A stretch of DNA of 56,021 bases from Streptosporangiaceae bacterium. Its GTDB lineage: Bacteria > Actinomycetota > Actinomycetes > Streptosporangiales > JBOHCT01. Made by a program: the position numbers and the translations under genes. Within the stretch, counting starts at the first letter, position 1. The number at the start of each line of letters is the position of its first letter. The DNA is taken from contig JBOHCT010000002.1 in the NCBI GenBank assembly GCA_050699055.1, forward strand, positions 1 to 56,021, written 5' to 3'. A model generated the notes under the pieces. That model did no database searches. It worked only from the letters and a program-made list of their open reading frames with translations, and was not told where the DNA came from. Positions 32,873 to 42,887 of the stretch are shown piece by piece.

Positions 32873-34498
32873 TCACCTGGCTTCCTTCGGGATCCACACG
32901 CTGTCCCACATGACGGTGGGGTTCACGACGACCGCCGGGATCTTCGTCGTGAGCCCGGGACCGTGCGCCCCCTTGGTCACGACGTTGGCGGGGGCGAAGG
33001 CGAACAGGAACGGCGCGTAGGCGTGGTCGCTGATGTACTTGGCCGCCTGCGCGTACAGCTTGCCCCGCTTGTCCTTGTCCAGCGTCGCCGCGGCCCGCTG
33101 GAGGAGCTTGTCGAGCTTCGGGTCATGGATACCGCTGAACGGCGAGCTCGAGGAGAAGCGGAAGCCCACGCCGACGCCGGCCGCCGGATCCCAGGAGCCA
33201 GCGGTCTGCAGGCTCGCCTCCCAGTTGCCCTGAAACTCCTTGATGAGCTGCGCGAGGTCGTAGGAGTGGATGGTGGTCTTGATCCCCGCCTTGGACCACT
33301 GGCTCTGCAGAACCTTGTCGACCTGCTCGGCGATATAGTTCTTGATCGTGAAGAGATCCACCTGCAACCCGCCGAGCCGCTTGACGATCTGCTTCGCCTT
33401 GGCGAGGTCGTAGGTCCGGTACCCGGGCACCTTCGGCTTGAAGAACAGCCCGCCGGGCCCGGTGAACGACTGGGTCACCGGGTACAGGCCGTTGAACAGG
33501 TGGGTGCGGATCGCCTCGGTGTTCGTCGCGTAGTAGATCGCCTCCCGGGCCCGCTTGTTGTCGAACGGCGGGGCCTTGGTGTTGAGCTGGATGACATACG
33601 GCGACGTGGGCGGCTCCATCGTCACCGTCAGCCGGTCGTTCTTCTGGGCCTGCTGGATCAGCGGGGTGGTGTTCATGCCCTCGTAGGCTTGGGCTTGGCC
33701 GGCCAGCAGCGCCTGGTAGGCGGGCTGGTCACCGCCGATGGACTTGAACGTGAGCTTGTCGAGATAGGGGTGGCCCTTCTTCCAGTAGCCGTCGTAGCGC
33801 TTCAGCACGAGCTGCGAGCTCAACGTGTCGCTGACCACCTCGAAGGGGCCGGCACCCACCGGCTTGATCTTGAACTTCTTCTCCCCCATCTTCGCGAGCG
33901 CGGCCGGGGACGCGATCCAGTTCGCGTTCGAGTCGATGAACGCGTGGATGACTGCCGCGAACGGCCGCTTGAAGTGCAGTACGACCGTGTGGTCGTCGGG
34001 TGTGGTGATGCCCTGCGAGGCGAGCGGCGGCCACAGCCGCTTGGGGCTGCAGGTGCACGGGGACTTCAGGTCACGTTTGAAGTTCCACGCCACCGCCTTG
34101 GCATTGAACGCGGTGCCGTCCTGGAACTTCACGCCCTTACGGAGGGAGATGCTGACGGTCTTGCCGCCGTCGGAGAACTTGTAGCCGGTCGCGAGGTCGG
34201 GAACGATCTTGCCTCCCTCGCCGAGCTGGAACAGCTGACCGTAGATGGCGCTCATGTAGCTCTGGTTCGCGGCGCCGTTCGTGTTCGTGGCGGGATCGAG
34301 ACCGGTGGGCCATGCGCCCGCGTATCCGGACCCCTCGAGGACTGTTATCTCGCCGCCGCGCTGTGGTCCGCTCGTCGCGTTGTTCGAGCCGCCGCTCCCG
34401 CTCGTCTTCGCGGCGCCCCCACCGCACGCGGCAAGAAGAACCGACGACACCACGAGAAGGAAGAGCATGGCCATGAGCGGCCTCGCCCGATGCCTCAT
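32873..34498 (-). CDS. ABC transporter substrate-binding lipoprotein, family 5 (peptide/nickel type)
   Basis: Start ATG 34498 with a GGAGGA Shine-Dalgarno. 'MRHRARPLMAMLFLLVVSSVLLAACGG' is a lipobox. The ORF-track upstream extension is rejected. Confidence 0.85.
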   Translation of the reverse strand: MRHRARPLMAMLFLLVVSSVLLAACGGGAAKTSGSGGSNNATSGPQRGGEITVLEGSGYAGAWPTGLDPATNTNGAANQSYMSAIYGQLFQLGEGGKIVPDLATGYKFSDGGKTVSISLRKGVKFQDGTAFNAKAVAWNFKRDLKSPCTCSPKRLWPPLASQGITTPDDHTVVLHFKRPFAAVIHAFIDSNANWIASPAALAKMGEKKFKIKPVGAGPFEVVSDTLSSQLVLKRYDGYWKKGHPYLDKLTFKSIGGDQPAYQALLAGQAQAYEGMNTTPLIQQAQKNDRLTVTMEPPTSPYVIQLNTKAPPFDNKRAREAIYYATNTEAIRTHLFNGLYPVTQSFTGPGGLFFKPKVPGYRTYDLAKAKQIVKRLGGLQVDLFTIKNYIAEQVDKVLQSQWSKAGIKTTIHSYDLAQLIKEFQGNWEASLQTAGSWDPAAGVGVGFRFSSSSPFSGIHDPKLDKLLQRAAATLDKDKRGKLYAQAAKYISDHAYAPFLFAFAPANVVTKGAHGPGLTTKIPAVVVNPTVMWDSVWIPKEAR

Positions 34499-34665
34499 GG
34501 GAATCCTCCATTCTGCCCCGGGGGTCGTGCCGCCGGGAAGGTATTCGACGCGAATGTCCCGCTCGCATGCCCGCGAGAAGGGCGTGAGACACGGTCGGCC
34601 ACGAGTAACCTCCCGGAGCAGAGGTCTCAACCAAGACTCGTCCCATACCAACGGTCCACCGGACG

Positions 34666-34702
34666 CCCACCAGTATTCGACGCTCCCGTGACGACCGTCA
34701 AG
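34666..34702 (-). promoter_or_regulatory. Conserved promoter/operator-like element, copy b
   Basis: CCCACCAGTATTCGAC-N8-GACGACCGTCAAG. On the minus strand it reads TTGACG-N18-AATACT, about 170 nt upstream of the SBP start. Confidence 0.55.
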
Positions 34703-34822
34703 TATCCAGGCTTGGTTCGTTCGGCCCTTCTCGGACCTGCTTCGGGTCCGGGACCGCGGGCGTGGTGCCGCCGCCATCCGATGCCGGTTCGCGCGGGCCC
34801 GCGCCCCCCTGGTGGAGCGGAC

Positions 34823-35746
34823 TCAGGCGAACACGATCGTCTTGTTCTGGTGCACGATGACCCTGTCCTCCAGGTGCCACGACACGGCCCGCGCGAGCAC
34901 CACCCGCTCGACGTACCGTCCCATGCGGCGCAGGTCGTCCGTGGAATGCCGATGATCGACACGGACCACGTCCTGCTCGATGATCGGCCCGGCGTCGAGC
35001 TCCTCCGTCACATAGTGGGCGGTCGCACCGATCAGCTTCACGCCACGCTCCGCCGCGGCGCCGTAGGGGTTCGCGCCCACAAACGCCGGCAGGAAACTGT
35101 GGTGAATGTTGATGACCTGGCTGGGGAACTCCTGGAGAAAGCTCCCGGACAGCACCCGCATGTACCGGGCCAACACGATGAGATCGACCTCCCCGACCAG
35201 CAGCTTCAGCTGCTCGGCCGCCGCGGCGGCCTTGTTCTCCTTGGCGACGGGGACGTGTCGGAAGTCGATCCCCCAGCCCCGCACCTTCTCCTCGAGGTCC
35301 GGGTGGTTCGAGATGACCATACGGACATCGGCGCGCAGCTCACCAGAACGCCAGCGCCAGAGGATCTCTTGGAGGGCGTGATCGGCCTTGGAAGCCAGGA
35401 TCGCGACGCGCTTCCGCCTGCCGGCCTGAGCGAGCCGCCAGCTCATATCGAAGCTGGTGGCAAGCGCCGCGCATTCGTACTCCAGCTCGGTGAACTGTTC
35501 GGCGAGACCGGGCAGATAGAACTCGAGGCGAAGAAAGAATGTCCCGCCGAAGGGATCGGTGGAGTACTGCTGCGACTCCAGGATATTCGCTCCCCTACGG
35601 TACAGGAACTGAGAGACCTCGAACACGATCCCCGGCCGGTCCGGGCATCTGATCAACAGCCGACCGACGTCCCGGTAGCGGTCCTCGTCCCGTTCGCTGG
35701 ACTTTGCCGCGGTCCTGGGTCCCTGAGCCGTGGGACTGTGGTCCAT
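34823..35746 (-). CDS. purU: Formyltetrahydrofolate deformylase
   Basis: N-terminal ACT domain '[28 protein letters not shown]'. Formyltransferase core '[17 protein letters not shown]' and '[17 protein letters not shown]'. Start ATG 35746 with a GGGAGG Shine-Dalgarno. Confidence 0.92.
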   Translation of the reverse strand: MDHSPTAQGPRTAAKSSERDEDRYRDVGRLLIRCPDRPGIVFEVSQFLYRRGANILESQQYSTDPFGGTFFLRLEFYLPGLAEQFTELEYECAALATSFDMSWRLAQAGRRKRVAILASKADHALQEILWRWRSGELRADVRMVISNHPDLEEKVRGWGIDFRHVPVAKENKAAAAAEQLKLLVGEVDLIVLARYMRVLSGSFLQEFPSQVINIHHSFLPAFVGANPYGAAAERGVKLIGATAHYVTEELDAGPIIEQDVVRVDHRHSTDDLRRMGRYVERVVLARAVSWHLEDRVIVHQNKTIVFA

Positions 35747-36032
35747 CCGGTCGCCTCCCGCGTACAAGTCGCCCGTAATCGGCGAGGTCGCCGGTTACAT
35801 ACTCCACACCAGTCGACACACGATGCTCTCCGCGTCAAGGATTCATTACGCCTGGTTCAGTGGACAACGTGACGCTCACAGTGTTTACGCCTGTCCGGTT
35901 GTGCCATCGCCACAAACCGCGTCGAAGATCGCCGCACGTAGACACGGGGCCGAGCGACAACTCGTCGGAGCTCTCCCGCTCGCACCGTCCGTACCGGCAC
36001 TATCGGCACCTGCCGCGGCTCCGGCCGGCGAC

Positions 36033-37871
36033 TCAGATCGCCCCGAGCAAGCGGTCGAGGGCGGCGGGATCGCCGCCTGGGGGTGTGAGGACAACTCCGT
36101 CGACCAGCGGTCGGGCCGTACGCAGGAGATCGATCGCCACGTCGAGTCCGACGCGGGCGCCGTCCTGTCCCGCCTGTTCCATCGTGGCCAGTGTGGCCTC
36201 GGGAATCCGCAGGTCGGGAACCTCATGAGCGAGATAGTCGGCCTCGGCGAAACTGCGCAGCGGGACGATGGACGCGAAGATGGGCACCCTCTCGTCGCCC
36301 AGCGCGTCGATCATTCTCCGGAGAGTATCGACGTCGTACACCGGCCGCGTGATGAGGAACTGTGTCCCGGCCTGGACCTTGCGGCGGGTCCGTGCGATCT
36401 CCGCCTCGACGTCCTGCGCACCAGGGTTGAAACGCGCCCCGATGTGGAAGGAGGTCTTGGTCGCGAGGGACAGCCCGTTGCAGTCGCGACCCTCGTTGAG
36501 GCCGACCAGCAGGTCGACAAGACCGATGGAGTCGACCTCCCAGATGCCGTCGGCGTTGGGGTAGTCGCCGAGGAGCGGAGGGTTGCCGGTCTCGCAGACC
36601 ACGTTGACGACTCCGAGGGCGTGCGCGCCTAGGAGGTCCGCCTGCAGGGTCATGATGGTCTTGTCCCAGGTTGTCGCCGTCGCGATCGTCTCCACGCCGA
36701 CCCGTTGTTGGAGGTGGAGAGCGAGGTTGATGGAGCCGAGCTGGGCCCTCGGAGTCTGTCGGGTGGTCACGCACACCAGGTCGATACCACGCTCGCGCAG
36801 CCCTGCCACCTGGTGGGTCGCCTCATCGGCGACGCCGCCGAGCGGCGGGACGATCTGCGCGGCGACCACGAACCTTCTGTCGGCCAGGCGCTCCGCCGCC
36901 GTCCCGCCGCTGCCCACCATGCCGCCCACCATGGGCGATGTGGGAGGCTGCTCCGCATGGGCCGCCGGCGGCCCGCTGCGGACGGGTACGCGCGTCAGCT
37001 CCGCCGTCGCGGCCCGAAGATGGGTGGGCGTCGTGCCGCAGCATCCCCCGATCAACGTCACACCCGCGTCGGCGAGCCGCCGCGCGTAGCGCGCGAAGTA
37101 TGCCCCGTCGACGTTGTACTCGAACCGCCGGCCGTCGACCCGGCGCGGAAGTCCGGCGTTGGGCAGGGCGCTCACCGGCAGCGTGGTGTGTGTGCGCAGC
37201 GCCTCGACCACGGCGAGCGTTCTCTGTGGACCGAGCGTGCAGTTGGTGCCGAGCGCGGCGACGGGCAGCTCGCCGAGGGCCCTCGCCACCTCCAAAGGGC
37301 TTTCCCCCCCGAGGGTGTTGCCGTCGTCGGCGAAGGTCGCCTGGGCGACGACCGGCACATCGCTGATCTCTGTCGCCGCCCCTGCCGCCTCCACGAGCTC
37401 CTCGAGATAGCCGAAAGTCTCCAGGATCACCAGGTCGACCTCCGCGTCCACGAGGGCCTCGACCTGCTCGCGGACCGCCGCGACGCGGTGAGCCGCTTCG
37501 ACGCGACGCCGCTGGTGTACCGTCACCGCCGGCGATACCGAGCCGGCGACGAACACCGCCCGGTCCGCCGTCCGTTTCGCCTCATGAGCGACGCGGACGC
37601 CCGCGGCGTTGATGTCCCTGACCATGTCGGCGTAGCCGTGGGCGGCGAGCCGCAGCCGGCTCGCGCCGAACGTGTTGGTCTGGATGACGTCGACGCCCGC
37701 GCTGATGTAGCTCTCGTGGATCGTGCTGACCAGTGCGGGATCGGAGATGTTGAGCTCGGGCAGCGCCCGGTCGAGCGAGTTGCCCGCGGCGTGCAGCATC
37801 GTGCCCATGGCTCCGTCGCAGACGAGCATGCGACGGCCCAGTGCGTCGGTGAAACTGTTGCCCATAGTCAT
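36033..37871 (-). CDS. Bifunctional homocysteine S-methyltransferase / methylenetetrahydrofolate reductase (YitJ-like fusion)
   Basis: N-terminal 'LVCDGAMGTML', 'IQTNTFGA' and 'GGCCGTTPTH' form the Hcy-binding S-methyltransferase domain. The C-terminal half is MTHFR-like ('FLITRPVYD'). The start ATG overlaps the PucR stop (ATGA). Confidence 0.85.
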   Translation of the reverse strand: MTMGNSFTDALGRRMLVCDGAMGTMLHAAGNSLDRALPELNISDPALVSTIHESYISAGVDVIQTNTFGASRLRLAAHGYADMVRDINAAGVRVAHEAKRTADRAVFVAGSVSPAVTVHQRRRVEAAHRVAAVREQVEALVDAEVDLVILETFGYLEELVEAAGAATEISDVPVVAQATFADDGNTLGGESPLEVARALGELPVAALGTNCTLGPQRTLAVVEALRTHTTLPVSALPNAGLPRRVDGRRFEYNVDGAYFARYARRLADAGVTLIGGCCGTTPTHLRAATAELTRVPVRSGPPAAHAEQPPTSPMVGGMVGSGGTAAERLADRRFVVAAQIVPPLGGVADEATHQVAGLRERGIDLVCVTTRQTPRAQLGSINLALHLQQRVGVETIATATTWDKTIMTLQADLLGAHALGVVNVVCETGNPPLLGDYPNADGIWEVDSIGLVDLLVGLNEGRDCNGLSLATKTSFHIGARFNPGAQDVEAEIARTRRKVQAGTQFLITRPVYDVDTLRRMIDALGDERVPIFASIVPLRSFAEADYLAHEVPDLRIPEATLATMEQAGQDGARVGLDVAIDLLRTARPLVDGVVLTPPGGDPAALDRLLGAI

Positions 37872-39241
37872 GACCCTTCCCCCAGGGCGTCCAGGATCTC
37901 GAGGGCGACCTGTGCCATCAGCCGGTCGCGGTAACGGTCGAAGGTGAGACCCGTGATCTCCTCGCTGCGCCTGACCCGGTAGGCGACGGTGTTGGGGTGC
38001 ACATGCAGCCTCCGCGAGACCCGCTGTGGACTGTTGTTCTCGCGGAAGTACCACGACAGCGTCATCAGGTACTCAGAGTTGTGCTCGCGCTCGTAGGCGC
38101 TGAGCCTACCGAGCACCTCCTCCGCGAATCGCCGCAGCTCGCCGAGCTCGGGAACCTGCAGCAACAGGCGATGGATGCCGAGGTCCTCGAAGGCGACGGT
38201 CTGCCCCAGCCGGCCCAGGCGCCGAGCGGCGTCGACCGTACGCCGCGCCTCGGCGTAGGAGCGCGCGATCTCGCCGGGCTCACGGCAGGTGTCGCCGATA
38301 CCGACCGTCATCACCGTACCGGGCAACTGCTCGGCCACCCGCGCCGCACACGCCTCGGCGAGCCGACGCGGCTCCAACAGGGGCGTACTCCTCCCGACGG
38401 GCTCGGGGACCACGACGACGACCTCCGAGTCGCGGACCGACGTGATCGTCTCGGGTTCGCGCGTGGCGAAGAAGCGCTCGACCGCGCTGACTCTCCGGTG
38501 ACGCGAGCTATCGACGTCCCCAGTGTCGCGCTCAGGGCCGCCCTCGGCACCGTCCCCGGCACGGTTCTTGGGGCCCCCGAAGGCCACTGATAGCACGCGG
38601 TGGTCACGGCCCGAGTCGTATCCCAGGTGCCTGGCCCAGCGGTCCGCCTCGCCGTTCTCGCGGCCGCGCCCGAGCAGCAGGCCCTCGACCAGGTCGCTGC
38701 GCACCCGGCCGGCCGCCGCGGCCACGACACGCTCGCGGCTGAGAATCACCCCACAGATCGTGGCGGCATGCTCGCTGACCAGGAGGCTGATGTCGTCCGC
38801 CCGCCCCTCGCCGGTGTCGACGGCCATGAGATAGGCGGGGACCTCCTCCCCGACCAGGATCGGCGCCACCACGACGGACATGTTCTGGCTGGGGTCGGGG
38901 AGCCGCAGCGACCGCCGCGTCTGCGCGGTGGCGCTCAGCGCCCTGCTCAGCCGCGGGTTGAGGACGACGTCCCGGACGAAGTCGCCGGCGTCCTCGGCCG
39001 CCGCCCGAGGTGCGGCGGCGGCCCATACCTCCATCGTCCGGCTGACGACCGCCACTGTGGAGGAGGTTCGTTCCGCGAGCAACCGCGTGACTGTCGAGAT
39101 CTCGGCGTTCTGCAGCGCGAGTCCGGACAGGTGCCGGTAGATGGTGACGAGCTCGCGAAGCACGCTGGTCTCGCGACTCACGGCGTTCTGGCCCGCGACC
39201 TCTTCGGCGGGCCCATCCGCTGCTGGCCGTCTGTCCGCCAC
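37868..39241 (-). CDS. PucR/CdaR family transcriptional regulator
   Basis: C-terminal 'SPQRVSRRLHVHPNTVAYRVRRSEEITG' is the PucR HTH. The N-terminal sensor region is GAF-like. The start is uncertain (GTG 39241 or 39181). The ORF-track start at 39673 is rejected on codon usage. Confidence 0.8.
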   Translation of the reverse strand: MADRRPAADGPAEEVAGQNAVSRETSVLRELVTIYRHLSGLALQNAEISTVTRLLAERTSSTVAVVSRTMEVWAAAAPRAAAEDAGDFVRDVVLNPRLSRALSATAQTRRSLRLPDPSQNMSVVVAPILVGEEVPAYLMAVDTGEGRADDISLLVSEHAATICGVILSRERVVAAAAGRVRSDLVEGLLLGRGRENGEADRWARHLGYDSGRDHRVLSVAFGGPKNRAGDGAEGGPERDTGDVDSSRHRRVSAVERFFATREPETITSVRDSEVVVVVPEPVGRSTPLLEPRRLAEACAARVAEQLPGTVMTVGIGDTCREPGEIARSYAEARRTVDAARRLGRLGQTVAFEDLGIHRLLLQVPELGELRRFAEEVLGRLSAYEREHNSEYLMTLSWYFRENNSPQRVSRRLHVHPNTVAYRVRRSEEITGLTFDRYRDRLMAQVALEILDALGEGS

Positions 39242-39426
39242 ACCCTCAACATAGCGGCGCGGCTCCCCCGGGAGCTTGTGGCGGACAACAAAACGGCTGG
39301 GTCCGGAGTTGTTGGACCCATGATGCTCGCGACGGGCCGGTCGCCGCATCGACGGCGCGGACCGAGGGATCCTTGCCGCGTGTGTTTCGGCGTACGGAAT
39401 AAGTGACCGCGACGCCCAATCTTGGC

Positions 39427-39438
39427 GACGACCGTCAA
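39427..39438 (-). promoter_or_regulatory. Core 12-mer GACGACCGTCAA (TTGACGGTCGTC on the minus strand), copy d, upstream of the PucR gene
   Basis: Exact 12-mer shared with 27555-27566, 34690-34701 and 44221-44232. Confidence 0.45.
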
Positions 39439-39600
39439 CGCGATATCTTCCGAGTGTCCGGTCGCGTGCGGGGAGTTCTTTGCCGCCGCGGCGATCCAGG
39501 CGGATGGATCGCAAGACGGAGGAGGAGCGCGTAGTGATGTCCGCGCCCACCTGGTAGAGCCGTCCCGGGTCATTACCGGGCCTCCCGATAGACTTGCACC

Positions 39601-40533
39601 ATGGCGCAGCCGGGTATGACCTCACCCGGGCAGGGCGAGGAGGCGGGACTCGAGACCCGGGGGTCGCGGGCACAGACGCAGCACACGCTGCTGACCATCC
39701 TCGGTGACTATTGGTACGAGCGAGACGAGTACCTCCCCTCCGCGGCCCTCGTCGAACTCCTCGCCGAGTTCGACGTGACGGCGTTCAGCGCCCGCGCCGC
39801 GTTGACCAGGTTGACCCGTCGGGCGCTACTGCGCTGGGAGAAGCGCGGACGGCGTACCTTTTACGCGCTCACCGGCCGGGCGGCCGCCGTCCTTACCGAG
39901 GGCGGCCGCAGGATCGTTTCCTTCGGCGCGCACGATGCTCCTTGGGACGGTCAGTGGGCCTTCGTCGCGTTCTCTGTTCCGGAGTCCCGACGACCGATTC
40001 GACACATACTCAGAGAACGGCTGCGATGGCTCGGGTACGCGCCGCTCTACGACGCCCTGTGGGTCTCCCCACGGGACAGGTCCGCGGAGGTGCGTCGGGT
40101 CCTCGACGACCTCGACCTGCGAACCGCGACCCTGTTCACCGGCTCCATGCATACGGCCTCCCCCACCTGCGGAAGCCCGCTGGTCGCCTGGGATCTCGAG
40201 GAACTACGTCGCTACTACGAGACTTTCGCCGCCGAGTGGCGGCCGTGGGCGGAACGTACCCGCAGCGGCTCTGTCACACCGGCGCAGGCCCTTGTCGCCC
40301 GTACCGAGGTCATGGACAAGTGGCGTACCTTCCCCAGACTGGATCCCGAACTTCCCCGCACGCTCCTGCCCCAGGGGGGGCTCCGGACCGAGGCCAGGCA
40401 ACTGTTCGTCGACATCTACGACGGACTCGGCCCGCTCGCCGAGCTGCGTGTACGTCAGCTTCTCACCCGCTACAACCCGCGACTCGCCGAGCTCGCCACG
40501 CACCATACGACCGGCCAACTGCTGCGGATCTGA
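39601..40533 (+). CDS. PaaX family transcriptional regulator
   Basis: 'LLTILGDYWYERDEYLPSAALVELLAEFDVTAFSARAALTRLTRRALL' and 'LRWLGYAPLYDALWVSP'. Confidence 0.85.
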   Translation: MAQPGMTSPGQGEEAGLETRGSRAQTQHTLLTILGDYWYERDEYLPSAALVELLAEFDVTAFSARAALTRLTRRALLRWEKRGRRTFYALTGRAAAVLTEGGRRIVSFGAHDAPWDGQWAFVAFSVPESRRPIRHILRERLRWLGYAPLYDALWVSPRDRSAEVRRVLDDLDLRTATLFTGSMHTASPTCGSPLVAWDLEELRRYYETFAAEWRPWAERTRSGSVTPAQALVARTEVMDKWRTFPRLDPELPRTLLPQGGLRTEARQLFVDIYDGLGPLAELRVRQLLTRYNPRLAELATHHTTGQLLRI

Positions 40534-40588
40534 CGCGGAGTAGCAGAACACGCGCACGGCAACGGGAACTGCTGGACACGCGGTTCAG

Positions 40589-41248
40589 TTATCGCTGGGG
40601 CGTTCCCAACACAGAGAAATCCAACTCCGCTTCGGTGTTCTTGCGTAGGTCATCCGTTGATACTCCGGGCGCGAGCTCGCGTACCCGCAACGGTCCCCCC
40701 GTCACATCGAGGATTCCACAGTCGGAGTAGACCCGATCGACCACCGACTTCGCGGTGAGCGGCAGGCGGCACTCGCGGGCGATCTTCGGCCGCCCGTCCG
40801 CTGTGACGTGTCTGATCATCACCCAGAGCCGCCGCGCGCCGACCGCGATGTCCGCCGCACCGCCGACTCCGCCGATGCGGCCGGCGATGCTGTCCGACTC
40901 GTTCCGCCAACTCGCGATGTCTCCCGTGGCGCTCACCTCGTAGGCGCCGAGAACAGCGGCGTCGAGACGGCCACCGCGGATCATGGTGAACGACGTGACG
41001 CTGTCGAAGAAGGACCCGCCCGGGCTGATGCTCACCGCGCTCTTACCTGCGTGGACGAGGTCGTCATCGGGCTCGCCCTCCAGCGGCGTCACGCCGAGGA
41101 TGCCGTTCTCGCTCTGCAGCACCACCTCGCGGTCCTTTGGGATTCTCCCGACAATGGCGGTGGGCAGGCCGATGCCGAGGTTGACGTACCAGCCCTCCCG
41201 CAGGTCCATCGCGACCCGTTCCGCCAGCTGCTCCTTACTCCACGGCAT
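40589..41248 (-). CDS. 3-oxoacid CoA-transferase subunit B
   Basis: Start ATG 41248. 'LREGWYVNLGIGLPT' and 'LQSENGILG' are B-subunit signatures. Confidence 0.9.
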   Translation of the reverse strand: MPWSKEQLAERVAMDLREGWYVNLGIGLPTAIVGRIPKDREVVLQSENGILGVTPLEGEPDDDLVHAGKSAVSISPGGSFFDSVTSFTMIRGGRLDAAVLGAYEVSATGDIASWRNESDSIAGRIGGVGGAADIAVGARRLWVMIRHVTADGRPKIARECRLPLTAKSVVDRVYSDCGILDVTGGPLRVRELAPGVSTDDLRKNTEAELDFSVLGTPQR

Positions 41249-41942
41249 CTCGGTCCCCCTGCCCCCGGTGGGCTGCGGAGCCAACCTCGCCCGGGGTCAC
41301 CGCGTCCACGAAGATCCCGGGCAGGTGGACCGACTCCGGATCCATCTCCCCCAGGGCACGTCGCCGCCGCACCTCCGCGATGGTCCAGCGTGCCGCCATG
41401 GCCATGGGGATGTTGAAGTTCCTCGACGCGAGCCGGAAGCGCAGGTTCCCCCATCTATCCGCCTCCTCGGCCCTGACGAGGGCGACGTCGGGCGCGATCG
41501 GCCGTTCGAGGACGAACTCACGCCCGTCGACCATGAGGGACCGCTTGCCCTCCGTGAAGGACGTGCCGACACCGGTCGGGCTGAGGATGCCGCCAAGGCC
41601 CGCGCCCGCGGCCCGCAGCCGCTCGGCGATCATGCCCTGCGGGGTCAGCTCGACCGTGACGTCGCCGGTGAGCAGCACCTCGCCGACCCCATCCGACGTC
41701 GGGCCCACAGGAAAGGAGCAGATGACCTTCCGCACGCATCCGTCGATGATCAGGCCCGCGAGTCCGGTGGTTCCACCGCCCGCGCCGTTGGCGACGACGA
41801 CGAGGTCCCGGAGGCCTCGGTTCCTGAGCCCGTCCGTGAGCGGCACGGGCATGCCGGGCGTGCCGAAACCGCCGATGGCGATGGTCATCCCACTCTCGAC
41901 CACGTCGAGTGCGGGATCCGCCTCCGCGAACTTGTTGATCAC
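41235..41942 (-). CDS. 3-oxoacid CoA-transferase subunit A
   Basis: 'GMTIAIGGFGTPGMPVPL' and 'ELTPQGMIAERLRAAGAGLGG'. Confidence 0.9.
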   Translation of the reverse strand: MINKFAEADPALDVVESGMTIAIGGFGTPGMPVPLTDGLRNRGLRDLVVVANGAGGGTTGLAGLIIDGCVRKVICSFPVGPTSDGVGEVLLTGDVTVELTPQGMIAERLRAAGAGLGGILSPTGVGTSFTEGKRSLMVDGREFVLERPIAPDVALVRAEEADRWGNLRFRLASRNFNIPMAMAARWTIAEVRRRRALGEMDPESVHLPGIFVDAVTPGEVGSAAHRGQGDRDAVE

Positions 41943-41949
41943 GGCGCGG

Positions 41950-42798
41950 TTACCCGCCGTCGAGACCGAAGAGGCGGGCGGCGTTCCGCCACAGGATCTT
42001 GGGCCGGACCTCTTCCCGGATGGGGAGGTCAGCGAACTCCCGGAGCCAGCGATCGGGGCTGATCATCGGGTAGTCCGAGCCGAAGAGGCACTTGTCCCGC
42101 AACAATGTGTCCGCGTAGTGCACCACGCTCTGCGGGAAGTATTTCGGCGCCCATCCAGACAGGTCGATGTAGACGTTCTCCTTGTGCCGCGCGACGGCGA
42201 GCATCTCGTTCTCCCACGGCCATGACGGATGGGCGCCGATGATCCTCAGGTCAGGGAAGTCGGCCGCGACGTCGTCGACGTAGGGAATGGGCCTCGCGTA
42301 TTTCAGCTTCAGCCCGCCGCCGCCCGGCTTGCCCTGCTCCACGGCGGTCGTCCCGGTGTGCAGGGTGACAACGAGCCCGAGCCCCTGACACGCCTCATAG
42401 ATCGGGTACACCCGCCGGTCGTTCGGCTCGAACTCCTGCGCGATCGACTGGAACTTCACACCGCGCAGCCCAAGCTCGCCCGCCGCGCGCTCCACCTCCT
42501 TGACAGAACGCCTGCCACCCAATGGATCGACTGAGCAGAAACCCAGGAGCACGTCGGGCGCCGACGCCACAGCCTTGGCGACCTCATCGTTCGAGATACC
42601 CTCTCCCGTCCGCCTGGAAGTGTCGACGTCGAAGATGACCGCACGAAGCCCGCGGGCGCGGTAGTAGTCGGCGACGGACTCCGGAGAACCGTCCGGTCTG
42701 CGGGCCTGCGACGCGGTCAGGTTCGACTCCCGGCCTTGTCCCGCGGTGCGATAGTGGACGTGCACATCGATCGCGACCAGATCCTCGGTAAGCTGCAC
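41950..42798 (-). CDS. Amidohydrolase-2 family metal-dependent hydrolase/decarboxylase
   Basis: 'IDVHVH', 'GVKF', 'VTLHTG', 'IIGAHPSWPW' and 'LFGSDYP'. Confidence 0.8.
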   Translation of the reverse strand: MQLTEDLVAIDVHVHYRTAGQGRESNLTASQARRPDGSPESVADYYRARGLRAVIFDVDTSRRTGEGISNDEVAKAVASAPDVLLGFCSVDPLGGRRSVKEVERAAGELGLRGVKFQSIAQEFEPNDRRVYPIYEACQGLGLVVTLHTGTTAVEQGKPGGGGLKLKYARPIPYVDDVAADFPDLRIIGAHPSWPWENEMLAVARHKENVYIDLSGWAPKYFPQSVVHYADTLLRDKCLFGSDYPMISPDRWLREFADLPIREEVRPKILWRNAARLFGLDGG

Positions 42799-42887
42799 TC
42801 CCGCACTCCTCGCCGCATTAAGAGATCGTTTGTGAACCGCTCTCCCGGGCCCCTCGCGAACAGGTTCTCGGCACCAAGGGTCCGCAC

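Noticed and set aside
32579-35872. Longest ORF in the window (1097 aa, + strand)
   Set aside because: It lies entirely antisense to the well-supported family-5 SBP and purU genes. Its composition is Arg/Gly/Pro/Val-rich with no recognisable domain. It is a typical shadow ORF in high-GC DNA.
39242-39673. N-terminal extension of the PucR ORF up to 39673
   Set aside because: Third-codon-position GC drops (many cga, cgt, cat, ttt, gtt, tat and aga codons), and the region contains the conserved promoter-like 12-mer. It is more likely a 5' leader or promoter.
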